IMG/VR virus record: IMGVR_UViG_3300042314_001187
Coordinates: 1 to 64,000 of that record
DNA length: 64,000 nucleotides
Reading direction: 5' to 3' (one strand)
From: an uncultured virus (IMG/VR IMGVR_UViG_3300042314_001187)
Lineage: Duplodnaviria; Heunggongvirae; Uroviricota; Caudoviricetes
Below are positions 40,275 through 50,140 of the stretch, one piece after another; the stretch's first letter is position 1; each line of letters starts with the position of its first letter. Below the pieces are notes generated by a model that saw nothing but the letters and a program-made list of their open reading frames with translations, had not been told where the DNA came from and did not search any database. The position numbers and the translations under genes were made by a program.

Positions 40275-40733
40275 TTATAAATTTATAATAACAAAATCAC
40301 TTGAGTTGAACGCGTCATCGTTTAACAAGTAATCAATTTTAATTTTTGCAGTGTGTTCTTTTGTCCCGATACCTGGCACTCTAAAAACTCGTTCATCATT
40401 ACCATTAACAAACGTTCCTTTATCTTCCTCACCCTCTGACGCTGGTGTTACCTCTAATTTAGTAATTGTAATACCGGGAATATATTCTTTAACAGAATCC
40501 CTAATTTCAGATTCTATTTGTGAAAAAGTTGGTCCATCTAATGGTTCAAATAAATACTCATATAATCTTGTCCCAAAATCAGGTAAATAATATCTAGTAC
40601 CTTTTCTCGTTAGTAATAAATGAATTAGATTTGAACGTATTTCTTCCCTATTCGTGTTTGATAAATCAAGATATTTACCATCATACGAATCCCTAAAGGG
40701 AAAATTAATACCATATGTTAATCCTTCTGCCAT
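40275..40733 (-). CDS. baseplate gp25/gpW-like protein
   Basis: IRSNLIHLLLTRKGTRYYLPDFGTRLYEYLFEP; start moved to MAEGL (40733) because the longer frame runs into a terminator. Confidence 0.9.
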   Translation of the reverse strand: MAEGLTYGINFPFRDSYDGKYLDLSNTNREEIRSNLIHLLLTRKGTRYYLPDFGTRLYEYLFEPLDGPTFSQIESEIRDSVKEYIPGITITKLEVTPASEGEEDKGTFVNGNDERVFRVPGIGTKEHTAKIKIDYLLNDDAFNSSDFVIINL

Positions 40734-40784
40734 ATAACATAAATATAATGTCGTTATGAATTTTTTGTATAACGTTCTAAAATA

Positions 40785-40813
40785 AAAAACTCTCGACATT
40801 GCCGAGAGTTTTT
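40785..40813 (-). terminator. intrinsic terminator after nrdA
   Basis: AAAAACTCTCG-ACATTGC-CGAGAGTTTTT hairpin with T-runs on both strands. Confidence 0.8.
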
Positions 40814-40829
40814 ATGATTTACGGTTTTT

Positions 40830-43244
40830 TTAAGATGAACACCCAAAACATTCAAATTCTGAATCTTGAGGTTTTTGTGGTATCACATCAACTGTTGGTT
40901 TTTCTTTTACAGGTTTTTCTCTTTTCGAGATATCCACCGCTAAGTGTTTAGCCCCCGTCGAAATCGCTTTAGTTCGGATATAGTAACTTAATGTTTTTAA
41001 TCCTCTCTCCCAACCGTGAAAGTGAGATGAGGTAATTTTTGACAACGTTGGGTTACTCATATAGATGTTCATTGATTGAGATTGGTCAATATAAGGAGCT
41101 CTGTCAGCTGCCATATCAATCAATTCTCTTTGTGAAATCTCCCAAATCGTTTTATATTTAGACATTAAGTGTTCTATTCGTTTAACTTTCTTGTTGTAAT
41201 TTTTGTCCTCAACATCAAGATAATGATTGAAATTAACGTTCTGAATTGAACCTTCATTTAGTATGATATCATTTTTCAAATCCTCAGACCAAATCCCTAA
41301 TTTTTCAAAATCTTGTATTAAGTATTTATTTACTATCAAAATCTCACCACCTACAACTCGTCTGTTAAACAACGCCGAATGAGCGGGTTCTGTCATTTCA
41401 AATGAACCTGTAATTTTTGCTGAAGACGCAACAGGCATTTGAGCCGTGAATAATGAATTACATACACCATATTTCATTACCCTTTCTTTTAATGAAGTCC
41501 AATCCCACATTCCTGATAAATCATCCTCAGTCATTCCCCACATATCAAATTGGAATTCTCCTTTTGACATTGGCGAACCTTTGAAGTATTCATAAGGTGA
41601 GTATTTTTCTTCAATACATAATTGATTACTCTCAGTGATTGCGGCAAAGTAGATAGTTTCGAAAATTTGTTTGTTTAATTTTCTCGCCTCCTCAGATGTG
41701 AATACGTAATCTAATAAATAAAATACGTCAGCCAATCCTTGAACTCCAATAGCAATAGCTCTTTGTTCTAAACCACCTTTTCTACCCTTCTCAGTTGAGT
41801 AACTATTAATGTTAATTACTTTGTTTAAAGTTCTTGTAACCTTTCTTACCTCATCAAACAATAGTTTAAAATCAAATTTACCTTCAACGATAAAGTTTTT
41901 CAATACCATTGATGATAACGTACAAATAGCCGTAGTTTCTTCATCAGTATATTGGAAAATCTCCGCACATAAGTTAGATTGATGTATAACCCCAATGTTT
42001 TGGTGGTTAGTTTTTCTATTAGCATTATCTTTAGAACATAAGTAAGGAACACCTGTTTCAATTTGAGACTCAATAATCTTAGTCCAAATTTCAGTTGCAC
42101 TTACTTTTTTACCAAGACCTAACTCAACCGCTTTCACATAAGTTTCTTCATACTCAGAACCGTAAGACTCTTGTAAAGGTTTTAATCCCGCCTTCTTAAT
42201 ATCATTAGGACAGAACAAATACCAATCAGAATTATTTCTAACCGCTTTCATAAAGTTATCAGGAATCCACAATGCCGTAAACAAGTCTCTAGCTCTCAAT
42301 TCATCTTTACCTGTATTCTTTTTAATATCCAATAAATCAAAGATATCTTTATGCCAAGGTTCGATGTAGATAGCTGCACTACCAGGTCTTCTACCTTGTT
42401 GATTAAAGAATCTTAATGATTCGTTAACAATTTTAAGATACTTTAATAATCCACCCGCAAAACCACCTGATGTAGTAATACGACTTTCTTTACTTCTTTG
42501 GTTTGACATACATAATCCAATACCCGCAGCGTCCGATGAGTAAGTAGAAATATCATTCAATGTACCCAACAAACCTTGTCTTGAATCTGAATTATTATAA
42601 TGTAATACACAAGACGCTAACTGAGGGATTAATGTCCCTGAGTTAATCATAATTGGGGTTGCCTTAGAAATTCTTTGTTCTGACAATGACTTATAATAAT
42701 CAACCGCCTCTTCGTAACTATCAGTTACCCACAACGCAATTCTCATATACATATGTTGTGGTCTTTCAACAACCTTACCATTCGGTAATTTCAACAAATA
42801 CATTTCTTGTAATGCTTTCCACGCAAAAAAGTCAAAGTTATAATCATTCTCGTGATTAATAATTGAATCAATCTTACTTGGTCCATATTTCTCGATAATA
42901 CTCATTAGATTATCGTGAACAACACCTTCAGTGTGTAATGTGTGCATAGTTTCACTAAAACTATCAACCGTATCTTTGTGATATGATGAGATAGCAACTG
43001 AAGACGCCAATCGTGAATAATCGTGATGACTACCAGTGTATGAGGACGCAATCTCATACACCAATTTATCTAATTCTTTTGTTGTGATGTAACCCTCAGT
43101 TGGTAGAGAAGTTGTCACTTTAATAAAAATCTCATCAAAGTTAACATTAAGACCTTTAGCTGCTCTTTTAACTCTGTTGTAAATTTTTTGAGGATTAAAT
43201 GATTGTTTCTCCCCGTTTCTTTTTTTAATTTTTAATGACATCAT
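40830..43244 (-). CDS. nrdA: class Ia ribonucleotide reductase alpha subunit
   Basis: N-terminal ATP cone, QLASC, NLCAEI, ICTL, MPVASS, YYIR, C-terminal CFGCSS; no intein or intron evident. Confidence 0.97.
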   Translation of the reverse strand: MMSLKIKKRNGEKQSFNPQKIYNRVKRAAKGLNVNFDEIFIKVTTSLPTEGYITTKELDKLVYEIASSYTGSHHDYSRLASSVAISSYHKDTVDSFSETMHTLHTEGVVHDNLMSIIEKYGPSKIDSIINHENDYNFDFFAWKALQEMYLLKLPNGKVVERPQHMYMRIALWVTDSYEEAVDYYKSLSEQRISKATPIMINSGTLIPQLASCVLHYNNSDSRQGLLGTLNDISTYSSDAAGIGLCMSNQRSKESRITTSGGFAGGLLKYLKIVNESLRFFNQQGRRPGSAAIYIEPWHKDIFDLLDIKKNTGKDELRARDLFTALWIPDNFMKAVRNNSDWYLFCPNDIKKAGLKPLQESYGSEYEETYVKAVELGLGKKVSATEIWTKIIESQIETGVPYLCSKDNANRKTNHQNIGVIHQSNLCAEIFQYTDEETTAICTLSSMVLKNFIVEGKFDFKLLFDEVRKVTRTLNKVININSYSTEKGRKGGLEQRAIAIGVQGLADVFYLLDYVFTSEEARKLNKQIFETIYFAAITESNQLCIEEKYSPYEYFKGSPMSKGEFQFDMWGMTEDDLSGMWDWTSLKERVMKYGVCNSLFTAQMPVASSAKITGSFEMTEPAHSALFNRRVVGGEILIVNKYLIQDFEKLGIWSEDLKNDIILNEGSIQNVNFNHYLDVEDKNYNKKVKRIEHLMSKYKTIWEISQRELIDMAADRAPYIDQSQSMNIYMSNPTLSKITSSHFHGWERGLKTLSYYIRTKAISTGAKHLAVDISKREKPVKEKPTVDVIPQKPQDSEFECFGCSS

Positions 43245-43262
43245 AATGATTATAATATTTTA

Positions 43263-44222
43263 TTAAAACTCATCAGTAAAAGAAATTGTTTCATTCAATT
43301 TCGCCTTTTGATATTCAAGTGTTCTATTTTCAAAGAAATTACCTTTAGTTTCAACCGCAATCTGTTCCATAAACTTGAAAGGTTGTTCTACATTAAATTC
43401 TTTACTACAACCTAACTTATATAATAAACCATCAACAACGAACTCTAAATATTGTTTCATTAAATTAGAATTCATCCCAATTAATGATACTGGTAGTGAT
43501 TCAGTTATAAACTCCTTTTCAATCTCTAAAGCTGAAAGTAATATTTCTTTAATTCTTTTCTCACTTGGTTTGTTAACAATATGGTTATTTAACAAGTGAA
43601 TTGCGAAATCACAATGAAGATTCTCATCTTTAAAAATTAATGAGTTAGCGTCACATAATCCTTGCATAATTCCTCTCGATTTTAACCAAAATATTGAACA
43701 GAACGAACCTGAAAAAAAGATTCCTTCAACAGCAACAAACGCTATCAATCGTTCTTGAAACGATGCGTTTTCAATCCAATCTAAAGCCCATTTAGCTTTT
43801 TTCTGAACTGCCGGTAGTCTGTCAATCGCGTGGAAACAATCATCCTTTTCTTTTGAGTCTGTGATATAAGTATCAATTAATAAAGAATAAGTTAAAGAAT
43901 GTTCATTCTCCATAGCAACTTGGAATCCATAGAAAAACTTAGCTTCCGGAAACTGTACCTCCCTTGCGAAGTTCTCAGCAATGTTTTCATTAACAATACC
44001 ATCAGATGCTGCAAAAAATGCTAAAATATTTTTAATGAAATATTTTTCATTATCTGATAAATTACTCCAATCTCTGATATCATCACTTAAATCAAATTCT
44101 TCTGCCGTCCAAAACGCCGCCTTGTGTTGTGCATAAAATTCCCAAATATCGTGATATTGGATAGGGAATACTACAAATCTATCAGGATTTGTTTCTAAAA
44201 TTGGTTCTACTTTATTTTCCAT
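43263..44222 (-). CDS. nrdB: class Ia ribonucleotide reductase beta subunit
   Basis: [41 protein letters not shown]; start moved to 44222 (MENK), just after the helicase stop. Confidence 0.95.
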   Translation of the reverse strand: MENKVEPILETNPDRFVVFPIQYHDIWEFYAQHKAAFWTAEEFDLSDDIRDWSNLSDNEKYFIKNILAFFAASDGIVNENIAENFAREVQFPEAKFFYGFQVAMENEHSLTYSLLIDTYITDSKEKDDCFHAIDRLPAVQKKAKWALDWIENASFQERLIAFVAVEGIFFSGSFCSIFWLKSRGIMQGLCDANSLIFKDENLHCDFAIHLLNNHIVNKPSEKRIKEILLSALEIEKEFITESLPVSLIGMNSNLMKQYLEFVVDGLLYKLGCSKEFNVEQPFKFMEQIAVETKGNFFENRTLEYQKAKLNETISFTDEF

Positions 44223-44223
44223 A

Positions 44224-45636
44224 TTATTGTTCATCTTTTTTATTTTCATCATCTTTTTTCTTCTGTGCGTCACGTTCTTTACGTCTTTCCAATAACTCAC
44301 GAACTTTATCACGTTGTTTTTGGTCGTTTTGTTCTTCAAGACCTAAGAATGTTACTGAAGATTCAGTATCAATTTCTAACATACCATTGTCGAACTTACA
44401 GTTTTCAAACACAACACCATCATCACCAATACGTGACTTAGTAATTGCGATAGTTGCTAATTTCATTTCTTTTTGTTGTAATGACTTAGCCACCGATATG
44501 ATAACGTGACCTACTTGAGCTTTCTTAATAGAACCCCCCATTTGGTCAGTTGTTACAACTTCAGAAGAAATAGATTGTCTATTACCTTGTGTTGCTGTCC
44601 ATCCAACTAAATTTAACTCGTGACACATTGCTTCAAACGCTCTCATTACAGAACCTTCCGATTTCCATTCATCACCTAAGTTTCTATCAGGTAATACACA
44701 GTCAATGTAATCTAACGATATCATATCAAGTTTAACACCATCAGCAATCATCTTTCTAACCTGATTCTTGATTTGTAACATCGTCATAGTATCTGACGGT
44801 AACTTTTTCAAGATTAATTGATTTTGCATTGATGTTTTGATATCAGTTACACGTTTCAATACCTCATCTTTCTTCAAAGTTAATTCGTCAGGATGAACCT
44901 TAGTCCACAAAACTATATGTTTTCGTTGAATAATCTTAGGATTATCTTCAAAAAATATTTGTAGGACGTTATAACCTAAGTTAAATGCGTGATTTGTAAT
45001 CTTAGTCATTAGAGTTGTTTTACCAACCCCTGTTGGTGCCAATACAACACCAATCTCACCTTTAGCCAACCCACCTTTTAAGAGTCTATCAATCCCTGAA
45101 ATACCCATTGGTATCGGATGTCTATAATCCTCGTTTAAAACGTCGTCTAAGTTAGAGAAAACGTTAGTCATACCGTCTTCTCTTTCCCCAACTTGTAGTG
45201 CACTTCTTACTAACTGTTCTACTTTGTCGTAGTTTTCGAACTCACCACCATCAATAATTTTTTGGGCTTTACCCATTACTTTTTGAAGTTCTTGTTGTTT
45301 ACAAAACTTCATTGCTTTTTCTTGAACGAACTCAGCACCTTCTATTGGTGCCTCTTTAATTTTACCAATTGTGTCAATAACTATTTTTGAAGCGGTCTCT
45401 TGTTGTAATTCCGACTTAGTTATTTGTTCCAAAGTATCAAACGTTGGTGTGTGTTCGTATTTTACATAGTATTCTTTAATCATCTGAATGATTAGTTTGA
45501 AATACTTGTTTTCAAAATAAGTCACATCAATCACGTCGATAATTGACCTAGAAAAGTCTTTATCTAAGATAATTTGGTTTAATAACTGTATTTGGAAACC
45601 ACTTCCTAAGTACTCAAAATTTTTATTTTTACTCAT
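44224..45636 (-). CDS. replicative helicase, DnaB / T4 gp41-like
   Basis: Walker [26 protein letters not shown]. Confidence 0.92.
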   Translation of the reverse strand: MSKNKNFEYLGSGFQIQLLNQIILDKDFSRSIIDVIDVTYFENKYFKLIIQMIKEYYVKYEHTPTFDTLEQITKSELQQETASKIVIDTIGKIKEAPIEGAEFVQEKAMKFCKQQELQKVMGKAQKIIDGGEFENYDKVEQLVRSALQVGEREDGMTNVFSNLDDVLNEDYRHPIPMGISGIDRLLKGGLAKGEIGVVLAPTGVGKTTLMTKITNHAFNLGYNVLQIFFEDNPKIIQRKHIVLWTKVHPDELTLKKDEVLKRVTDIKTSMQNQLILKKLPSDTMTMLQIKNQVRKMIADGVKLDMISLDYIDCVLPDRNLGDEWKSEGSVMRAFEAMCHELNLVGWTATQGNRQSISSEVVTTDQMGGSIKKAQVGHVIISVAKSLQQKEMKLATIAITKSRIGDDGVVFENCKFDNGMLEIDTESSVTFLGLEEQNDQKQRDKVRELLERRKERDAQKKKDDENKKDEQ

Positions 45637-45663
45637 ATATCTTTTTGTATTTTTAGATAAATA

Positions 45664-46119
45664 TTACGCCTCTAAACTAACTTCAGCATATTCAAAAGAT
45701 AAATTTTTTGATGAAAAAATGTCAGTTAATGATAAAAGTAAGTTTTTTAGGTGTGGTCTTACATCCACGGTATATCTTATTTTTGGTGGATAGATTTTAG
45801 CGTCGATTTGTCTATGACAAATTGTCACATCACCTTGTTTGATAAATACGTTAAAATACTCAGGACCTTCAGTATATGATGTATCCATAACCGCAGGATT
45901 ATTAACTATCTCATACATATTATCTAACATATATGTAACTGTTTTCATTTTTAATTGACGTTCTAAATCGTGCTTAAAATCTTTAATTAAGTCGTATAAG
46001 TCAACCGAACTTTTAGCTTTTGGGTTAAAATCTTTCACGTTAAAAAAACGTTGTACAATGATGTTATCGTTAACCATCATTAAAAACTCTAACTTTGTTG
46101 ATTCGTTTTGCTCTTTCAT
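45664..46119 (-). CDS. hypothetical protein in replication block
   Basis: 151-aa ORF between exonuclease and helicase. Confidence 0.75.
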   Translation of the reverse strand: MKEQNESTKLEFLMMVNDNIIVQRFFNVKDFNPKAKSSVDLYDLIKDFKHDLERQLKMKTVTYMLDNMYEIVNNPAVMDTSYTEGPEYFNVFIKQGDVTICHRQIDAKIYPPKIRYTVDVRPHLKNLLLSLTDIFSSKNLSFEYAEVSLEA

Positions 46120-46123
46120 AATT

Positions 46124-47125
46124 TTACTTTTTAAACTTTCGTTTTTCTTTTCTTGTTAATTTTAAAAAGGGTGTTAAAAAATTCACCCAAGAATTATCAT
46201 TTTTTGGTAGGAACTTGAAGAATCCATCTTCCATCATCATTTTAATTACGTTCCTGTGACCTCGACCATCCGGGTCTAAGGTTTCTGAATAATATTCATT
46301 TACTACGTTTTTCCCATCTTCAGTTATTAAAGGGTTTGACAAATCAACTATTTTCTCATTTATAACAAAAAACTCATCACCAAATATACCACTCTTAGTC
46401 TTACCCGTCAAAAGATTCTGTAAAACTTTATTGTCTTTATCCTCTTTGTGTAAAAGTTCGGCTTTTTCTAAAATATCGGTGAATTTTATTTCTCGGTCAA
46501 GTAGCTCAGGGAATAATTTCGCTAACGTCTTATCCCCAAGGTAATAGATACCATCAATATTATCCGATTTATCACCGGCTATTATCTTGTAAGTCTTAAC
46601 GTTATAGTGAGGAATTTCAATATCCTTAAACTTAATAGTATCACCAAGTTTGTAATATTGTTTTAAATCAGGTAAATAAACTCTTACCTTATCCGAAATC
46701 AATTGGGTTAAATCACGGTCACCTGAGAATATCGTTTTATCTTCATCAGGAGAGATTTGACAATAGTAAGCAATCAAATCATCAGCTTCGTTATTATCAA
46801 CCAACACCTGTCTTATAAACAACTCTTCCAAGTATTGTTTAACACGTTCCTTTTGTTCGGTAATAGAATCTTCTTTGGTTAAATCAAAAGGGGTCTTTCG
46901 ATTCGCTTTGTATTGGGGGTATAATATTTTTCGTGACAGTGAATTCTCATCACCATCCCAAAATACAACAACTTTATCAAAACCTTCTGTTTCAATAAAT
47001 CGTCGTAATGTGTTTATAAAGTGCCACACACCACCTATGTGTTTTCCGGAGTGAAAGAAATCTTTCACCCCGTGAACACCAATTTTAATTAGGTTGTTTC
47101 CATCAACCAATAAGGTTTTAGTCAT
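46124..47125 (-). CDS. 5'-3' exonuclease / flap endonuclease (PolI N-terminal / T4 RNase H-like)
   Basis: LLVDGNNL, YKANRK, EADDLI, SGDRDL, GDKSDNIDGI..LGDKT. Confidence 0.93.
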   Translation of the reverse strand: MTKTLLVDGNNLIKIGVHGVKDFFHSGKHIGGVWHFINTLRRFIETEGFDKVVVFWDGDENSLSRKILYPQYKANRKTPFDLTKEDSITEQKERVKQYLEELFIRQVLVDNNEADDLIAYYCQISPDEDKTIFSGDRDLTQLISDKVRVYLPDLKQYYKLGDTIKFKDIEIPHYNVKTYKIIAGDKSDNIDGIYYLGDKTLAKLFPELLDREIKFTDILEKAELLHKEDKDNKVLQNLLTGKTKSGIFGDEFFVINEKIVDLSNPLITEDGKNVVNEYYSETLDPDGRGHRNVIKMMMEDGFFKFLPKNDNSWVNFLTPFLKLTRKEKRKFKK

Positions 47126-47150
47126 TTTTTACCATTAAATGGTTCTACAA

Positions 47151-48152
47151 TCAATCTTCGAATTCTTCTTCCTCTGTTGGGACAAATACTTCACTAAGTT
47201 TAAAGTCACCCTCACCACCTAATTTCTTATTCCAATAATCGGAAAATTCTTTTTTGTATTTCTCAATCGCAGATTTATCATCTTTGATATAACCTTGAGG
47301 AACCGCTAATATCTTACCATCTTTATATGATAATCCATTTACGTGGTTCTTCAATATTGAGATTTTTGTTCTTGTCGCATAAACAACTGTTCTACCGTTT
47401 TTAGTTGCGGTAATATGATTGATACCGGCTTTCTTTTGATTACCAAATAAGAACACTAATGAAGATGCTAACCAAATCGCCTCACCACCTTTTGCTTTAA
47501 TCTCAGGTTGACCAAATGGGTTGTCAGGTAATTCAACCCAAGGTTGATTAATTACAACCATACTTGCCCAATATGGAACATCCTCTTTTTTAGTTTTAGA
47601 TATTCTCGCAGAAATACCCATACCAATTTTATCAGCAAAAGTCGCGGCGTTATGTTGTTTACCACCTTTACCGTCAAATGTCATTTTACAAGGTATTGAA
47701 CCAACAGAATCCCATAAGAATAAAATGTTGTAAGGAATTTCACCTTTATCTTGAGCGTCCAATATTTGATTAATAAAATCTGTTGCTTGTTCAATGTAAT
47801 CAAAACTATCGTTGAAGATAAAGTTACCATCCCATTCACCTTCTGAGTTTTGTTCAGCCTGAAGACCTAATTCAACTGCGTGTTCCCAATTCCATTTCCT
47901 TTCAGTGATAATGAAAACAGGTAAGTCACCTTGTTTTTGTGCGTTTGCCGCTGCCAAAATCATTGCGGTAGTTTTAGATGAGTTAGAGTGACCTAAGAAC
48001 ATATTGATATGTCCTTTACTTGGACCAGGTAGACCACAAGCGTCGGCAAACTCTTCACCACAATCATAAAAACTATCAGCTTTATACTTTGTTTTCGTTG
48101 AAAACTTCCCTTTAATCGAATCTAAAGAGAAATCCTTTTTCTTTACTGCCAT
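47151..48152 (-). CDS. recA: RecA/UvsX-like recombinase
   Basis: P-loop GHSNSSKTT, ITERK, LWDSVGS, VVINQ, KGGEAI, KNH. Confidence 0.85.
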   Translation of the reverse strand: MAVKKKDFSLDSIKGKFSTKTKYKADSFYDCGEEFADACGLPGPSKGHINMFLGHSNSSKTTAMILAAANAQKQGDLPVFIITERKWNWEHAVELGLQAEQNSEGEWDGNFIFNDSFDYIEQATDFINQILDAQDKGEIPYNILFLWDSVGSIPCKMTFDGKGGKQHNAATFADKIGMGISARISKTKKEDVPYWASMVVINQPWVELPDNPFGQPEIKAKGGEAIWLASSLVFLFGNQKKAGINHITATKNGRTVVYATRTKISILKNHVNGLSYKDGKILAVPQGYIKDDKSAIEKYKKEFSDYWNKKLGGEGDFKLSEVFVPTEEEEFED

Positions 48153-48176
48153 ATATTGTGTTTTTAAATAAAAGAT

Positions 48177-48209
48177 AAAAAAAGGTAGTGACTTTGTAAA
48201 TCACTACCT
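48177..48209 (-). terminator. intrinsic terminator after SSB gene
   Basis: AGGTAGTGA/TCACTACCT stem followed by a T7 run on the minus strand. Confidence 0.75.
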
Positions 48210-48223
48210 ATCTATAGGTTAGG

Positions 48224-49069
48224 TTAGAATGGTAAATCTTCGTCGATTTCATCATTAACTTGTGGGTCAGCATAAACTTCAGTTTTAGCTTTAGAACCAC
48301 CAAATGATTCTTCACTTTCAGTTGAGTCACCGTAAGTGTATTTACCCAATTCAGTATTCCATTTTGGAGTTTCTCCACGAGCGATTGCTTCAAGATACTC
48401 AACAGGTTTTTTAGAGTAAACGTCTCTCCAAGTTAACTCATCGTTAGCCCAAGATTTTTTAGTTTCCTCATCTTCGTGTAAAGGAGCTGGGTCATCATAC
48501 ATAATTGTTTGAATAACAGTGTACTCTTTACCTTTAGGAGTTTTAGCTTTAGCCAATTCAAGGATTAAATCACGACCTTTTTCAGAATCAGTAACATCAC
48601 CCTTATTTCTCCAAATAGGAATGATTTTATCTAAAATCCCTTCATTTTTATAGTTGTGTTTAAAACGCCAGAATTTAGGACCATCTTGTTCGTTATCACG
48701 GTCAATAACTTTAACGATGTAGAACTTACGAGATTTATATTCTGAAGCCAATTTTTTATCACCTTCAATTAATAATTCTTCATACACCTCATTTAACGGT
48801 GAACGTTCATTATCCATCGCTGGGTCGTATAATTTAATATACTTACCATCAATCAACATTTCGTGAAACATTGCCTCTTTAAAAGGTGAGGAACCGTCTG
48901 TCGTTGGGAGAATTCTAAGTCTTTTTTGACCTTGTTTTTCATTATCACCTAAGATAGCCGCAAAGTATCTTTTCATTCTCTCTTCTTGAGACATTTTTGG
49001 GGTAAAGTTACCCGTTTGTTGTGCTTTCTCGTACTGAGCTAACACCGCATCTAAACTGTTTGTCGCCAT
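48224..49069 (-). CDS. single-stranded DNA-binding protein, T4 gp32-like
   Basis: RLRILP...PF.E..FH, GRDL.L..., acidic tail ending DEIDEDLPF; adjacent to recA-like gene. Confidence 0.8.
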   Translation of the reverse strand: MATNSLDAVLAQYEKAQQTGNFTPKMSQEERMKRYFAAILGDNEKQGQKRLRILPTTDGSSPFKEAMFHEMLIDGKYIKLYDPAMDNERSPLNEVYEELLIEGDKKLASEYKSRKFYIVKVIDRDNEQDGPKFWRFKHNYKNEGILDKIIPIWRNKGDVTDSEKGRDLILELAKAKTPKGKEYTVIQTIMYDDPAPLHEDEETKKSWANDELTWRDVYSKKPVEYLEAIARGETPKWNTELGKYTYGDSTESEESFGGSKAKTEVYADPQVNDEIDEDLPF

Positions 49070-49099
49070 AAATTTTAATTTATTTTATTTGTTTATCTA

Positions 49100-49128
49100 A
49101 TTATAAGTCCGCCATATTGTATTGTCAA
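49100..49128 (-). promoter_or_regulatory. perfect consensus sigma70 promoter TTGACA-17-TATAAT
   Basis: Minus strand TTGACA ATACAATATGGCGGACT TATAAT, 30 nt upstream of the SSB ATG and directly downstream of a terminator. Confidence 0.85.
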
Positions 49129-49138
49129 ATCGTAAGGG

Positions 49139-49171
49139 AAAAAAAACTTGTTTTTTTATAACAAGTTTTTT
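49139..49171 (-). terminator. intrinsic terminator
   Basis: AAAAAACTTGTT/AACAAGTTTTTT stem downstream of 49186..49872. Confidence 0.7.
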
Positions 49172-49185
49172 CTCTTACTTATAGA

Positions 49186-49872
49186 TTAGTATTTTGTTTT
49201 AAAAACATTATCCTCTTCACCGTCACCGGTAAAATCACTAAATGTTTTTTGTATTTCTTTAGGTGAAAAATCTTCAACATCATCTTTAGTTAAGATATAT
49301 TCATCTCTACCTAATTTTTCAAAATCCTCTTCTTTATCTTCAAAATATTGAGATAATTTTTGATTAAATGGTCCAGAATCTAAAGTTCTAAGTTCCATTT
49401 TTTCTTCAGGTGATTTTTGTCTATATTTTTCAACTTTAGCCTCTAAACTATTTAATTGATTAACGATATTATCCATCTCACCTAATTTACTTTCCAAATT
49501 TTCTAAGTGAGAAAATAATTGTTGGAAGTACTCTTCTTGTTTTTCCTCAACATTCTTTTGACTATTAACTAATTCAGTAACGTCTAATTCTTTTTTATTA
49601 TCACTTTTTTCATCGTCACCAACTTTTTCAACATCAGGGTCATTTTCAATATCTACAGGTTGAGGTACATCACCTGTTGGTGCTGCGGGTGCTGGTGGTG
49701 CTCCTGCCGCTAATGGGTCCGCAGGTGGTGCTCCTGCCGCTAATGGGTCCGCAGGTGGTGCCGCCGCTAATGGGTCTTCCACAGGTGGTGGAGGTAATTC
49801 TTGTTCGTTAATATATCTATTAATCGAATTAAATCGTGTAATCTCTTCTAATATTTTTTTATCTACGCTCAT
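49186..49872 (-). CDS. acidic coiled-coil protein with Pro/Ala linker, possibly assembly or internal protein
   Basis: 228 aa; ILEEITRF..INEQ N-terminus, PPADPLAAGA repeats, heptad region. Confidence 0.75.
   Translation of the reverse strand: MSVDKKILEEITRFNSINRYINEQELPPPPVEDPLAAAPPADPLAAGAPPADPLAAGAPPAPAAPTGDVPQPVDIENDPDVEKVGDDEKSDNKKELDVTELVNSQKNVEEKQEEYFQQLFSHLENLESKLGEMDNIVNQLNSLEAKVEKYRQKSPEEKMELRTLDSGPFNQKLSQYFEDKEEDFEKLGRDEYILTKDDVEDFSPKEIQKTFSDFTGDGEEDNVFKTKY
49694..49776 (-). repeat. 30-bp GC-rich coding tandem repeat (~2.7 copies)
   Basis: GGTGGTGCTCCTGCCGCTAATGGGTCCGCA repeated; encodes PPADPLAAGA. Confidence 0.85.
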
Positions 49873-49874
49873 TT

Positions 49875-50099
49875 TTACCCGTTTAATAATTGTTTAACTC
49901 CATTATGTGTTTCCACTTGAACTCTTCTGTTAGTTGCCATAGTATTGTCAACTCTTTCAATAAGCCCGTCTTTCATTCTAATTGTATAACAATCACCTGT
50001 TTCTAAATCACATACTTGTTTAAATCCGTTTCCGGCATCCTTTTCAGAATATTTGGTATTCTTACCCAAATAATTATCTAATATTAATTTTGTATTCAT
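49875..50099 (-). CDS. hypothetical protein
   Basis: 74-aa ORF with VCDLETGDC; preceded by TATTTAT at 50116-50122. Confidence 0.7.
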   Translation of the reverse strand: MNTKLILDNYLGKNTKYSEKDAGNGFKQVCDLETGDCYTIRMKDGLIERVDNTMATNRRVQVETHNGVKQLLNG

Positions 50100-50140
50100 A
50101 ACTTTTAGTTTATTAATAAATATCTTTTACTGTGAAAAAA

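Noticed and set aside
44223..44339. 39-aa N-terminal extension of NrdB (and 22-aa extension of gp25 at 40734-40799)
   Set aside because: Overlap the helicase end or a terminator; downstream ATGs match family starts
40830..47125. Inteins, introns or homing endonucleases in nrdA, nrdB, helicase or exonuclease
   Set aside because: Lengths and motif spacing look normal; no splice-junction or LAGLIDADG/HNH motifs seen
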